64,000 nucleotides of DNA from a virus (taxonomy: Duplodnaviria > Caudoviricetes), in the IMG/VR virus record IMGVR_UViG_3300021958_000057, positions 1,103 to 65,102 of that record; one strand, 5' to 3'. Shown here one piece after another: positions 1-8,523 of this stretch. Position numbers and translations under genes: made by a program. The notes under the pieces were generated by a model. The model ran no database searches and was not told the DNA's origin. It was given only the letters and a program-made list of their open reading frames with translations. The stretch's first letter is position 1; every line of letters starts with the position of its first letter.

Positions 1-217
1 CGTATGATTTCCAAACATTTAATGTTTCTTGGTTTTTACACTCTATTGAATATGGAAACTTTTCTCTTGCAGCTCTTGACATAATCAAATCTTCACCACC
101 AGCACCCATAGAACGACTTTCTACATCTTCTGGATGTACGTTTAGTTTTTCTATTAGTTGGTCACGAACCCATTGTTGGAATCGTCTACCTTTAGCTTTC
201 GCTGATTGAGTTTTCAC
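1..217 (-). CDS. Conserved T4-like protein, probable Holliday-junction-resolvase-like PD-(D/E)XK nuclease (runs off the window edge)
   Basis: Manual translation from GTG at 217: (M)KTQSAKAKGRRFQQWVRD...SRSMGAGGEDLIMS...YSIECKNQE. The D...ExK pattern and KG-R-rich N-terminus resemble Hjc-type nucleases. Not in the ORF track. Confidence 0.6.
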   Translation of the reverse strand, partial: MKTQSAKAKGRRFQQWVRDQLIEKLNVHPEDVESRSMGAGGEDLIMSRAAREKFPYSIECKNQETLNVWKSY

Positions 218-338
218 TTTCACATCTTTCACATCTACAATTGGTACAGACTTGTATTTCTTCTCCGTTACCATCTAAATCTTTTTTTAGGATTGCTCCA
301 CAATGAGAACCATGTCCACAGTTTCTACAACTAGTCAT
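192..338 (-). CDS. Small Cys/His-rich protein (48 aa)
   Basis: ORF track 192..395; start re-assigned to ATG at 338 behind a GAGGA SD. CRNCGHGSHC...CTNCRCERC. Confidence 0.6.
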   Translation of the reverse strand: MTSCRNCGHGSHCGAILKKDLDGNGEEIQVCTNCRCERCESENSISES

Positions 339-489
339 AATCTTCCTCATAATCATCAACCTCATCTTCAAGGTCTTCGTTAAGTACTTCTCCACAAAAT
401 GGACAATGTACTACACTATATAGTCGTTTGTCCATATCGTGTTTTATACGAAACTCTGCATCACAAGATTCACAGACAATTAGTTTCAT
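331..489 (-). CDS. Small Zn-ribbon-like protein with acidic tail (52 aa)
   Basis: Manual translation MKLIVCESCDAEFRIKHDMDKRLYSVVHCPFCGEVLNEDLEDEVDDYEEDYD. ATGA overlap with the RNR stop; two CxxC motifs. Confidence 0.7.
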   Translation of the reverse strand: MKLIVCESCDAEFRIKHDMDKRLYSVVHCPFCGEVLNEDLEDEVDDYEEDYD

Positions 490-2405
490 TGGATTTCACA
501 ACTACCAGCTACACAAGCAAGTTCTTGTGAACCTATAGTCATATCTTGACTTTCATACTCTGAAAGTTTATTCCAATCAACATTTTTAGGCATCTTCTTT
601 AACAAGACTTCATATTCTTTCTTATCACAATCTTGATAAGGTGCTTGTTGATAAGTGTGTTCACTAAATGGTAAAAATGATACACCAGACATCCAATCAA
701 AATGCTTGTAAACCCATGCACCAACTTCCATCCACTCATCTTCTTTTACAGAAATAGTAACAGATGGTTTATGTTCACACCAATGTTTCTGATATGTCAA
801 CCATAACTCTAATTGTTCAATCGCTGTCATATCAGTTCTAAATACTGCACTTGAACCCACTTTCATAGGAAAAGAAAACACAGCAGTATTTGTTGGATTC
901 ATCACATCATCTTCAACTGGAAATCCTACATCTGTCATCATCTTTGTTAGTGGGTCTTTCTTATCTCCACGAACAGTACGAATATAATAAGGATTATGTC
1001 TTGCATGAATACCAGAGGCTGCATCAACTAACTGTGATACAGTACCAGATGGTTTAACACAAGTAATTGCAACTGATTGTGGAATACCCATCTTTTCTGC
1101 AAACTCTTTGTTTACTGCAACTGCTTCTGCTTTCAATGACTCAAGAAGATGGTCTAGATTTCTTTCTTTACCATTTGTCAAACGACTATCCATAATTCCA
1201 GTAAGTGAAACACCTAGAAGTCTTTCTTCTGAACAGTTCTTTTTCCATGCTGCAGATACATACTTAAAGTTTGTAAGTGTAGATTGAAAAGTTCCAAGTA
1301 TAGTTGCAAGTCTTACTTTGTTTAGTAAAGACTCTCTAGTATCTGAAGGTCTTACAACTACTTCTGAAAGATTACAAAATTCTCTATCTCGTAAAATAAT
1401 TTCTGAACAAGGATTTGTACCAAACTCATGTCCTTCAATAGTTCTACGACCATTCTTTGCAGCCATATTGTTAGCAGATGCACGATTGAAGATTCCTCTT
1501 TCACCAGACTTTGAATTATAAAGTGCAGTCCACTCATCCATGAAAATACCCATATCTGGTTTTTCTGTATAACAAGCAGAATTGTTTGCAAGAGCTCGTT
1601 GTCCGTTCTGTTCCCACCATTGTCCAGACTTGGCGTGCCTCATTCTATCATCAGAGAGGTTTGAAAGACTTATGAGCGCACTTCGTCTTACACCCCCTAC
1701 TACAACTACCTCTGCAATCTTACAAACAATATCGTGACATTCCAATGATGAAAGTCTACGACCATGTGAACCTTTGAATACATTTACAGTAAAGTTAAAT
1801 AGATTTTCTAATGGTGCAGGCCCAGATGCACGACCACCAAAAGTCTTTAGTGGAGCACCTGCTGGTCTTACTTTAGATAAATCCCACTTTGGTATTTGTC
1901 CAATGTAAAGTAATCCTACGAGTTCTTTGTATGCTTTTGCCCAACCGAGTTTACTATCTGCAACTACTATCACAGTATCAGTTTCGTGAAACTCCTCTGC
2001 AACTAATGGTAGTTCAGAAACGAATTGTCTTTCAACAGAAAATCCAACTCCAGTACCATTCATCAGAATATATAGAATCTCATCAAATGATTGTATTCTA
2101 TTAACTGCAACGTAACTACAATTATACCCAGCAATATTTTCCCTCTTGAGTGCCTCTCCAGCAGTCATTAAACATCTCATTGAGGGCATAACTCTTTGTT
2201 CTAGAACTGCCATCTCTAAATCGTTTCTTAAATCTTTATCAATTTTAAACCCAGTCATTTCTTTCACATGGTCTGTAAAGAAATCAAAATATCTCGTTAC
2301 AGTTTCATTCCAAGTTTCTCTACGACCTTCTTCAGGCAACCATCTTGAGTATCTTGATAAGTGAATAAATTCTTGGTATGAGGTGGGTAAAAAATTGTCA
2401 GGCAT
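486..2405 (-). CDS. nrdJ: Class II (adenosylcobalamin-dependent) ribonucleotide reductase, RTPR/NrdJ type
   Basis: SRYSRW...RRETW start, GYNCSY, GTGVG, TNPCSEI active-site motif, CVKPSGTVSQL and a C-terminal Cys pair (CVAGSC). No ATP-cone and no adjacent nrdB. Confidence 0.9.
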   Translation of the reverse strand: MPDNFLPTSYQEFIHLSRYSRWLPEEGRRETWNETVTRYFDFFTDHVKEMTGFKIDKDLRNDLEMAVLEQRVMPSMRCLMTAGEALKRENIAGYNCSYVAVNRIQSFDEILYILMNGTGVGFSVERQFVSELPLVAEEFHETDTVIVVADSKLGWAKAYKELVGLLYIGQIPKWDLSKVRPAGAPLKTFGGRASGPAPLENLFNFTVNVFKGSHGRRLSSLECHDIVCKIAEVVVVGGVRRSALISLSNLSDDRMRHAKSGQWWEQNGQRALANNSACYTEKPDMGIFMDEWTALYNSKSGERGIFNRASANNMAAKNGRRTIEGHEFGTNPCSEIILRDREFCNLSEVVVRPSDTRESLLNKVRLATILGTFQSTLTNFKYVSAAWKKNCSEERLLGVSLTGIMDSRLTNGKERNLDHLLESLKAEAVAVNKEFAEKMGIPQSVAITCVKPSGTVSQLVDAASGIHARHNPYYIRTVRGDKKDPLTKMMTDVGFPVEDDVMNPTNTAVFSFPMKVGSSAVFRTDMTAIEQLELWLTYQKHWCEHKPSVTISVKEDEWMEVGAWVYKHFDWMSGVSFLPFSEHTYQQAPYQDCDKKEYEVLLKKMPKNVDWNKLSEYESQDMTIGSQELACVAGSCEIQ

Positions 2406-3390
2406 TTCGTCTTCTCCATGTTGTGAACCTTATCTTAGCCATATTGCCTTGATAGGAATTTTTGTTAATTATTGTTTGTATTTCGTCTTTAGTCTTACCA
2501 GATATAATCATGTCGTTTATATCTTTTTCTTTTATATCATCAGGCCATAATACTACTTTATAACCTAAATCAATCGTCTTTTCAATTTGTTTTAAAACTT
2601 CATAATTCCTTCTTTCATTATCAAATATTATAGTTGTATTTTCTTTCTCTAGTTTTGTAAAATCTGCACCAGCGACAGCAATACAATTATCCAAAAACAA
2701 TGAGTCAATGGGGCCTTCTACTACTTGTATCGGTTTTGTGGTGTTGAGTCTATTAAGACCATAGATTTTATCTTTGTCTGGGTCAAGAGTGATGGTAATG
2801 TATTTTGGTATTTCATTGCCGAACGCTCTCCCTTGAAACGCAAACATCTTACTATTCTCATCAAAGAATGGAATTACCAATCTAGGATGATCTCCCTTTA
2901 ATGAGGGAAATTTGTTAGGCACAACCTTATTCACCCATTCAAAAAACTTAGGTGCATAAAACAATTCAAAATGAACTTTAGGGGGAATCTGTCGTTTCTC
3001 TACAAATCTCTTAACTGGATGGTCATGTCTTAGTGATGATATCTTTTTAAGTGATTTAAGTGGAGATGGCCCTTTCATAAATTTTGGTTGTGTGAACTTA
3101 CCAATGTCAACTTCTGGTTCGCTCTTTTTGTATCTTTCCATTATATAGTCATTACAAATTTTAGGGTCTACATGATTCAAAAGATTTTTGAAACTTGCAC
3201 CTATACCACAGTTATGACATTTATATATAAGATTTGATTCTTTACGAAAGACGAATCCACGAGCTTTTGATTTATTTTTTTGAGAGTCACCACAATAAGG
3301 ACAACGAAAGTTCCAGACAAAATCATTTGTCTTTCTAAACCTTTGCAGTTGTGATGATATTATATTTAAATACTTTTGTTCTACATACAT
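2398..3390 (-). CDS. gp61: DNA primase, T4 gp61-like
   Basis: Zn-binding RCPYCGDS...KCHNC, FQGR, and TOPRIM motifs VVEGPIDSLF and DINDM. Confidence 0.95.
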   Translation of the reverse strand: MYVEQKYLNIISSQLQRFRKTNDFVWNFRCPYCGDSQKNKSKARGFVFRKESNLIYKCHNCGIGASFKNLLNHVDPKICNDYIMERYKKSEPEVDIGKFTQPKFMKGPSPLKSLKKISSLRHDHPVKRFVEKRQIPPKVHFELFYAPKFFEWVNKVVPNKFPSLKGDHPRLVIPFFDENSKMFAFQGRAFGNEIPKYITITLDPDKDKIYGLNRLNTTKPIQVVEGPIDSLFLDNCIAVAGADFTKLEKENTTIIFDNERRNYEVLKQIEKTIDLGYKVVLWPDDIKEKDINDMIISGKTKDEIQTIINKNSYQGNMAKIRFTTWRRRNA

Positions 3391-3397
3391 GAATATG

Positions 3398-3426
3398 ATT
3401 ATACAATAAAATTAAGGTAATGTCAA
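3398..3426 (-). promoter_or_regulatory. sigma70-type promoter for primase/nrdJ
   Basis: Perfect TTGACA-17nt-TATAAT on the minus strand, with the -10 box 7 nt before the gp61 ATG. Confidence 0.85.
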
Positions 3427-3836
3427 CCCCAAACTGGCATTTTTTGTATAATAAATCCCATAACTATAGAACCACCAATAATTAACCATCTCCACTTTTC
3501 TAGTATACCTACACGACCATTTAAGTCGTTCTGAAGTTGTTGTATATGTAGAGCTTGTTCTTTATGTTGTAGTGTAATCATTTCAGTAAGTTCTTTATAG
3601 TTTGATGTAACTCTGGAATGTAATTCTTTTATATCATGTGTAAATTCTGTATTCGCTTTTGATTGTGCTTCCTCTGCATTAGCAATCTTTTCTTCGTGAA
3701 CTGCTAACATACGATTGACACAACTAGACACATCAGTAATCTTTTCAATCGCAACATCAAGTCGTGAAAAGATTACCTTTATATCTGACACCTCTTTTTT
3801 AAGGAGTGCAACTTCTGTGTTAATATCAGCTTCCAT
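3423..3836 (-). CDS. Coiled-coil protein with a C-terminal membrane anchor (possible lysis accessory)
   Basis: Heptad-rich body, hydrophobic C-terminus KWRWLIIGGSIVMGFII, and its own late promoter. Confidence 0.5.
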   Translation of the reverse strand: MEADINTEVALLKKEVSDIKVIFSRLDVAIEKITDVSSCVNRMLAVHEEKIANAEEAQSKANTEFTHDIKELHSRVTSNYKELTEMITLQHKEQALHIQQLQNDLNGRVGILEKWRWLIIGGSIVMGFIIQKMPVWG

Positions 3837-3841
3837 ACTAG

Positions 3842-3849
3842 TATTTATA
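3842..3849 (-). promoter_or_regulatory. T4-type late promoter
   Basis: TATAAATA on the minus strand just upstream of the ATG at 3836. Confidence 0.75.
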
Positions 3850-3885
3850 CCTTGTCATTTTTTTGGAGGGAATCTTAATTTGACT

Positions 3886-4161
3886 CTATTTGCCGTCACC
3901 TTTATGACGTTCTTCTTCTTGTTCCATTTTGTGCAATCTTTGTTCTAAGTCATCAATTTTCTTTGCAATATTTGGATACTGTGTTCTCCATGCAATATCT
4001 TCTTTGTCAAGTATGTCAATACCATATCTATCTTTTGCCCAGTCTGCAATATCTTCAAACTTAGAATAACCCCAGACACCAAGTTTAGTATCCTTTATCC
4101 AAGCCGCAGATGCAGCTCCTAAAAGACTGCCTGCAATATTACTTACGACCCAAATCCACAT
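3886..4161 (-). CDS. Hypothetical protein with a hydrophobic N-terminal helix
   Basis: ORF track, 91 aa: MWIWVVSNIAGSLLGAASAAW, with a coiled-coil C-terminus. Confidence 0.5.
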   Translation of the reverse strand: MWIWVVSNIAGSLLGAASAAWIKDTKLGVWGYSKFEDIADWAKDRYGIDILDKEDIAWRTQYPNIAKKIDDLEQRLHKMEQEEERHKGDGK

Positions 4162-4165
4162 TTGT

Positions 4166-4717
4166 TTAGACTATTCTTTTCGCACTACTATTGATTGCCC
4201 ATCTACCAAACATTCTTACTGCCCAATATGCAGAATATTTTTTCCAAGATGGTACTGCTGGTTCAGAAGCATTCATACCCTCTAGAAAAATATTATCAGC
4301 AATCTTACGATATACTTCTCTTTCTTTTTTAGTTGCGGGCCCGTCTTCTGCAGCTGCAGATTCGTTTACTGTTTTGTATTGTGTGTTAATCTTCTCATAT
4401 AGAATGTCATGTACGACAGCAGCTCTGGCAACATCAAATGGTGCAATAAATGCCCAACAACCTCTAGGTACAGATGCCATATCTGTAACGTAGTCTTTAG
4501 GTATAGTAATAATATACTGTTTAGTTTTAGTAGAGTTTCTCACTTGAACTCCACACCATCTTAACATCTCTGCATCTTTTTCAGTTAGTTTATCTGAATA
4601 GAATTTTAAATCTTCTAATAGTGTCCAGTTTCTAGGTGGATTAAATGTCGCCTTCATTAATGAGTCAAATCTTGCCATTTCGGTTCTCCCACTTAAATAT
4701 CTAATTCTCTTTTTCAT
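4166..4717 (-). CDS. DUF1353-like protein
   Basis: IPKDYVTDMASVPR and AAVVHDILY motifs, then ADNIF and YWAVRMFG. Confidence 0.7.
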   Translation of the reverse strand: MKKRIRYLSGRTEMARFDSLMKATFNPPRNWTLLEDLKFYSDKLTEKDAEMLRWCGVQVRNSTKTKQYIITIPKDYVTDMASVPRGCWAFIAPFDVARAAVVHDILYEKINTQYKTVNESAAAEDGPATKKEREVYRKIADNIFLEGMNASEPAVPSWKKYSAYWAVRMFGRWAINSSAKRIV

Positions 4718-5063
4718 CTGTCACCGCCTTTTCATAATATAATATAATTTGTTTTTGTTTCTCTATGTATAGTTTTATCTGTTCCATATTAATTGCAAGA
4801 GATTCAAATGATTTTGGGTCTAGTGCATATACTACAAAAGACCCTTGCATATCTTTTACTCTTTGTATCACTTCTTCTAAATTTTTCTCTGTTATTACTA
4901 TAACATCTGCGTTTCGTAATGTCAAGGGTTCTGGTCTAGGTACAACATTAATTGTTGGTACATAGACTTCAGCCTTTGTTATAATCTCTTTCTCTGGTTT
5001 CCATGAGCAACTACTTACTAGTAGCAGACTCAATAGACTTGAAAAAACTATCCACTTTTTCAT
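4701..5063 (-). CDS. Lipoprotein, probable outer-membrane spanin (Rz1-like)
   Basis: Signal peptide with lipobox VSS-C and Pro-rich PTINVVPRPEP; overlaps the 3' end of the upstream TM/coiled-coil gene. Confidence 0.6.
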   Translation of the reverse strand: MKKWIVFSSLLSLLLVSSCSWKPEKEIITKAEVYVPTINVVPRPEPLTLRNADVIVITEKNLEEVIQRVKDMQGSFVVYALDPKSFESLAINMEQIKLYIEKQKQIILYYEKAVTDEKEN

Positions 5064-5388
5064 TTATCCTCGCCTCTGATGCTTTAGGGTCTTGAAGACT
5101 GTTCTTTACTAAATCAGTCTGTGCCAATAAGTCTTTAATTACTGTGTTTGCTTTCTTCGCTTCTTCTAAACTTTTATTTAAATCATTTGTTAACTCTATC
5201 TGTTTCTTTATATTATTTTCCATTGCAGTAATTTTTACTTCAAGACTTTTGTTGCTTGACTCTAATTGTGCATTATTGGTTCGTAATGTTGCAATACGTT
5301 GTTGTGTATCATTATAGTAAAAGTATGCACCATAACCGACTCCAGCAAGGAGGCCGAGGATAATTAATATTACATATATTCTTAACAT
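5011..5388 (-). CDS. Probable inner-membrane spanin (Rz-like)
   Basis: Single N-terminal TM (IYVILIILGLLAGVGYGAYFYY) followed by a long coiled coil; paired with the lipoprotein gene. Confidence 0.6.
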   Translation of the reverse strand: MLRIYVILIILGLLAGVGYGAYFYYNDTQQRIATLRTNNAQLESSNKSLEVKITAMENNIKKQIELTNDLNKSLEEAKKANTVIKDLLAQTDLVKNSLQDPKASEARINEKVDSFFKSIESATSK

Positions 5389-5556
5389 TTATTTTTTCCA
5401 GATTGTCCATATTCCATATGCAATTGCACCATAAGCTGCTATTTTAGCAAAAGGCCCTGCGATTAGTACAACTACTCCTACACCAATTAAAACAACCCCA
5501 TCTAAAGTAGTAAACTTATTTGATTTGTTTAAAATTTGTTTAGAAAAATTTATCAT
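5389..5556 (-). CDS. Small two-TM membrane protein, holin candidate (55 aa)
   Basis: Manual translation MINFSKQILNKSNKFTTLDGVVLIGVGVVVLIAGPFAKIAAYGAIAYGIWTIWKK. Abuts both neighbours; not in the ORF track. Confidence 0.55.
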   Translation of the reverse strand: MINFSKQILNKSNKFTTLDGVVLIGVGVVVLIAGPFAKIAAYGAIAYGIWTIWKK

Positions 5557-5729
5557 TAACTTTTCCTTCTTGTTCTACGTCTTTTAGGTTTTGGTGCTTC
5601 TTCATGTGTGTGTTCTATTGAATCAGCACTTACTTCTGGTGTTGCTCCAACTTTTTGGTAATATTCTTCTACTGATTTAACTTTACCAGCATTCACCCAA
5701 GCTTGTGCAGTTTTTTCTCTAGTTTCCAT
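5556..5729 (-). CDS. Hypothetical protein with a basic C-terminus
   Basis: ORF track 5556..5756; likely start METREK at 5729 behind a GGAGA SD. Ends PKPKRRRTRRKS. Confidence 0.55.
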   Translation of the reverse strand: METREKTAQAWVNAGKVKSVEEYYQKVGATPEVSADSIEHTHEEAPKPKRRRTRRKS

Positions 5730-5730
5730 T

Positions 5731-6243
5731 TTAATTCTCCTTGTTAAATTGTTCAAAACTCATTTTAGGCCCAGAGGTTTGAAAGTTTTTCTTTCTCATT
5801 ACTGTCTTTGCAATGAGTTCTAGTTCACCACCTTTTAGATTTAGTACAAAAGGCATATTGATATCTGTCTTCATGTCATTGATAACTGCTTCTGCATCAG
5901 GCCCAAGTTTTGCAATCTTCTTACCATACTTCTTAAATGATTGTTTAAATAGTCTAGTAAGTTCTGCTGGTGTGATTTGTTTGACATTTCTTTTATCATT
6001 TACTCTGTCTAGGAAATGACGAGTAAATTCTACATCTATACCAAGAGATGCAAATATTCTATCTGCATACTTTTCTACTTGGTCTAAATCTGATTTCTTT
6101 ATTTCTTTTTCTGATTGTGCATTTAAGTCTGCAATAGGTACATACTGACCCATACCAGGCCCAGTACTTGCACCACCAGTCGCATAAGTTCCCAACGCAT
6201 CATAGTTGGCATACTCATCAAGATATGTTAAAAAGGTTTTCAT
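5731..6243 (-). CDS. Hypothetical protein with a capsid-targeting-like N-terminus
   Basis: Starts MKTFLTYLDE; globular core FTRHFLDRVNDKRN...INMPFVL. Confidence 0.55.
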   Translation of the reverse strand: MKTFLTYLDEYANYDALGTYATGGASTGPGMGQYVPIADLNAQSEKEIKKSDLDQVEKYADRIFASLGIDVEFTRHFLDRVNDKRNVKQITPAELTRLFKQSFKKYGKKIAKLGPDAEAVINDMKTDINMPFVLNLKGGELELIAKTVMRKKNFQTSGPKMSFEQFNKEN

Positions 6244-7040
6244 TATGCGTTATCCACTAGAATAATTGTAAAGTCTGCTGATATTGTTGCATTTGCAGAA
6301 CCTTGAACTCTCAAGTCAATATCTGTTTTCTCTGTGAATTTTAGGGGAACAGGAAAATCAATTGACTGATTAGATTGATTCAATGATAGTGTAGATGTAA
6401 CTCTAAATGCACCACCGAATGGTCTTTGAAATAGGAACAAGTCCGTTGATTGGTTCTTACTTGCTGATGCATTGATGTTTGTCATATATCCAGTTTTACC
6501 AGCAGGGATTGTATAGAAACATTGTAGTGTCTGTCCAAATCCAGCACCAATCTCTGTAACAACTGTTCCACCAATACTTGCTTGAATCTTACCAACATTC
6601 GTTGCATCATTCATAAATGCACGATTGACTCTAGTGAATGAAGTTGAACCTGTAACTGTACTAGTTCCAGTAAGAGTGAATGACTCTTCTACAAAATCAT
6701 AGTTTGCATCCAACCCTTGAATAGTCACACCACCAGTATCAGAACCAGATGTAGATACTACAGAAAGAGTTCCAGCAGAGTGGGCCCAAGGATATAATGC
6801 AGTTCCAGAAGTATCTGCCGCAGTCCATACAGTTGAGAATGTTGATAGTGCAGTTCCAAAAACTCCACCATATTTGTGAACACCAGAATAACCAGCAAGT
6901 CCACCGGCCGCAATAATCACATTAGACGCAGCACCAAAAGTATTGATGATGTTACCATCTTGATCAGCAATCATCACCACTTCATGGTTAGTGGTCTGTT
7001 GTGGTATGTATGCGTTAGTATACTTACTATATTGTGCCAT
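6243..7040 (-). CDS. Hypothetical beta-rich, probably structural protein
   Basis: 265 aa, G/T/S-rich (HKYG, QGLDANY motifs); lies in a late region. Confidence 0.45.
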   Translation of the reverse strand: MAQYSKYTNAYIPQQTTNHEVVMIADQDGNIINTFGAASNVIIAAGGLAGYSGVHKYGGVFGTALSTFSTVWTAADTSGTALYPWAHSAGTLSVVSTSGSDTGGVTIQGLDANYDFVEESFTLTGTSTVTGSTSFTRVNRAFMNDATNVGKIQASIGGTVVTEIGAGFGQTLQCFYTIPAGKTGYMTNINASASKNQSTDLFLFQRPFGGAFRVTSTLSLNQSNQSIDFPVPLKFTEKTDIDLRVQGSANATISADFTIILVDNA

Positions 7041-7041
7041 G

Positions 7042-7554
7042 TTACTTCATTTTTACCGACTTGTAAGCAAAGTCTGCAATCTTCATAAACTGAGCTTTAG
7101 TGCCATTAAGCATTCTGTCAAGTTTTTCTCTAGCATCTTTTTTAGAAAGTGCATCATATACTTTTGTAATTGCACTTGCAGTAAACAAATCAACTTTCAT
7201 CTGACCATCTGACATTTTTACTGGTTTGTTTTGTTTATTTTTGACAATGCTTCTTAAAACTTTTAGATTATCTTCTGCAAGAAGTGACTCACGATTAAAG
7301 TCATTAAGTGATTCTTTAACTTTTTCTACGAACTTAGATTTCTTCTGTTCCATTCTTCTTTTTCTAGATGCTTCTAATTTTGCTTGATGTGCCTTATATT
7401 CTTTTGTTCGTGCATCAAGTAATTTTTTCTTTTTCTTTTTCATCATTGCATCTGGTGGCATTGCAACTGCTCCACTACCAGCGTTATTGGTAGGTGCATC
7501 TTCTTCAATTTCTTGACCAGTATATGCATTAATTTCTTTCCATTTAGATGTCAT
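7042..7554 (-). CDS. Hypothetical prohead-core/internal-protein-like protein
   Basis: EEDAPTNNAGSG, a poly-K run and [ILV]xE sites (IEE, LAE). Confidence 0.45.
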   Translation of the reverse strand: MTSKWKEINAYTGQEIEEDAPTNNAGSGAVAMPPDAMMKKKKKKLLDARTKEYKAHQAKLEASRKRRMEQKKSKFVEKVKESLNDFNRESLLAEDNLKVLRSIVKNKQNKPVKMSDGQMKVDLFTASAITKVYDALSKKDAREKLDRMLNGTKAQFMKIADFAYKSVKMK

Positions 7555-8161
7555 CTTTAATATCCTCCAAACTTATATATATTTTTTCTTGGGATTTGAT
7601 ATGAATAACTGGAAAAATCTCAACACCCAAAACTGTATCTACTGGCGCTTCGTCTTCGTAAGCAATAACTTTATCGCCTTTCTTTGCAGATAACTCTTCT
7701 TCTTCTTTATTTAGTATATCGTTAATTAGAACATACTCTCCTTTGGGAAGTAGTTCTCCAAAACCAATAACTTCCTCTGATATATCATCATCAAACTCTA
7801 TATTGTTTTCTTTGAGATATTTCATAAATTCTTTTTCAAACATATCTGGGTCATCTACAGATTCTTTGAATGTATCTTTTAATAGGAATAGTGCAGCTGC
7901 ATATGTACCAACTTTAGTTCTAAGTCCAGGCACTTTTGAAAATATTTTTTTGATATTGAATACTAACTTGTGTAAAATTGTATATGCGTTTTTCTGTTCT
8001 ACTGTTGCAAGTTCTACTGCTGGTTGAGTGGACTTTGGTTTCTTAATACGATTACCTTTTTCATCAATGATACCTAACTTAAACGCATCTGTCTTTTCAA
8101 ACGGAGTAGTAAGTAACTTTAGAAATCTGTAGGTAACAAATAAATCAATCGCCCTGCCCAT
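7544..8161 (-). CDS. Conserved T4-like hypothetical protein
   Basis: YRFLKLLTTPFEKTDAFKLGIIDEKG...YTILHKLVFNIKKI, recognised as recurring in T4-like phages. Confidence 0.6.
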   Translation of the reverse strand: MGRAIDLFVTYRFLKLLTTPFEKTDAFKLGIIDEKGNRIKKPKSTQPAVELATVEQKNAYTILHKLVFNIKKIFSKVPGLRTKVGTYAAALFLLKDTFKESVDDPDMFEKEFMKYLKENNIEFDDDISEEVIGFGELLPKGEYVLINDILNKEEEELSAKKGDKVIAYEDEAPVDTVLGVEIFPVIHIKSQEKIYISLEDIKDDI

Positions 8162-8523
8162 TATAGTTCCTTTAATATCTTATCTACATTATCATCTTTA
8201 GTAATGTGATTTAATTCATCATCTCTAAGTATATTTAGAAATAATAAAAATGATTTCAATGCTGACCAATATTCTTCTTGTATTTTATATAACAAAAGTG
8301 TTGCACAAGCATCAGCACCAAACACATTATTTAATACAATAATATGATTTAAGAGTAACCTTTCTTTTAATACTCCAGTATCATAATATTTTCTTAAAAG
8401 ACGTTTAATATATTTAAACCTCTTTAAGTCATCTTCAAATTCTTTTTCACCCTCACAATGTGGATTTGTATAATTTCTTATAGCAAACATCAACACATTT
8501 TCAGGCGTTATTTTTTCATACAT
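8161..8523 (-). CDS. Conserved T4-like hypothetical protein
   Basis: FAIRNYTNP...DDLKRFKYIKRLL...LNHIIVLNNVFG, recognised as recurring in T4-like phages. Confidence 0.6.
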   Translation of the reverse strand: MYEKITPENVLMFAIRNYTNPHCEGEKEFEDDLKRFKYIKRLLRKYYDTGVLKERLLLNHIIVLNNVFGADACATLLLYKIQEEYWSALKSFLLFLNILRDDELNHITKDDNVDKILKEL

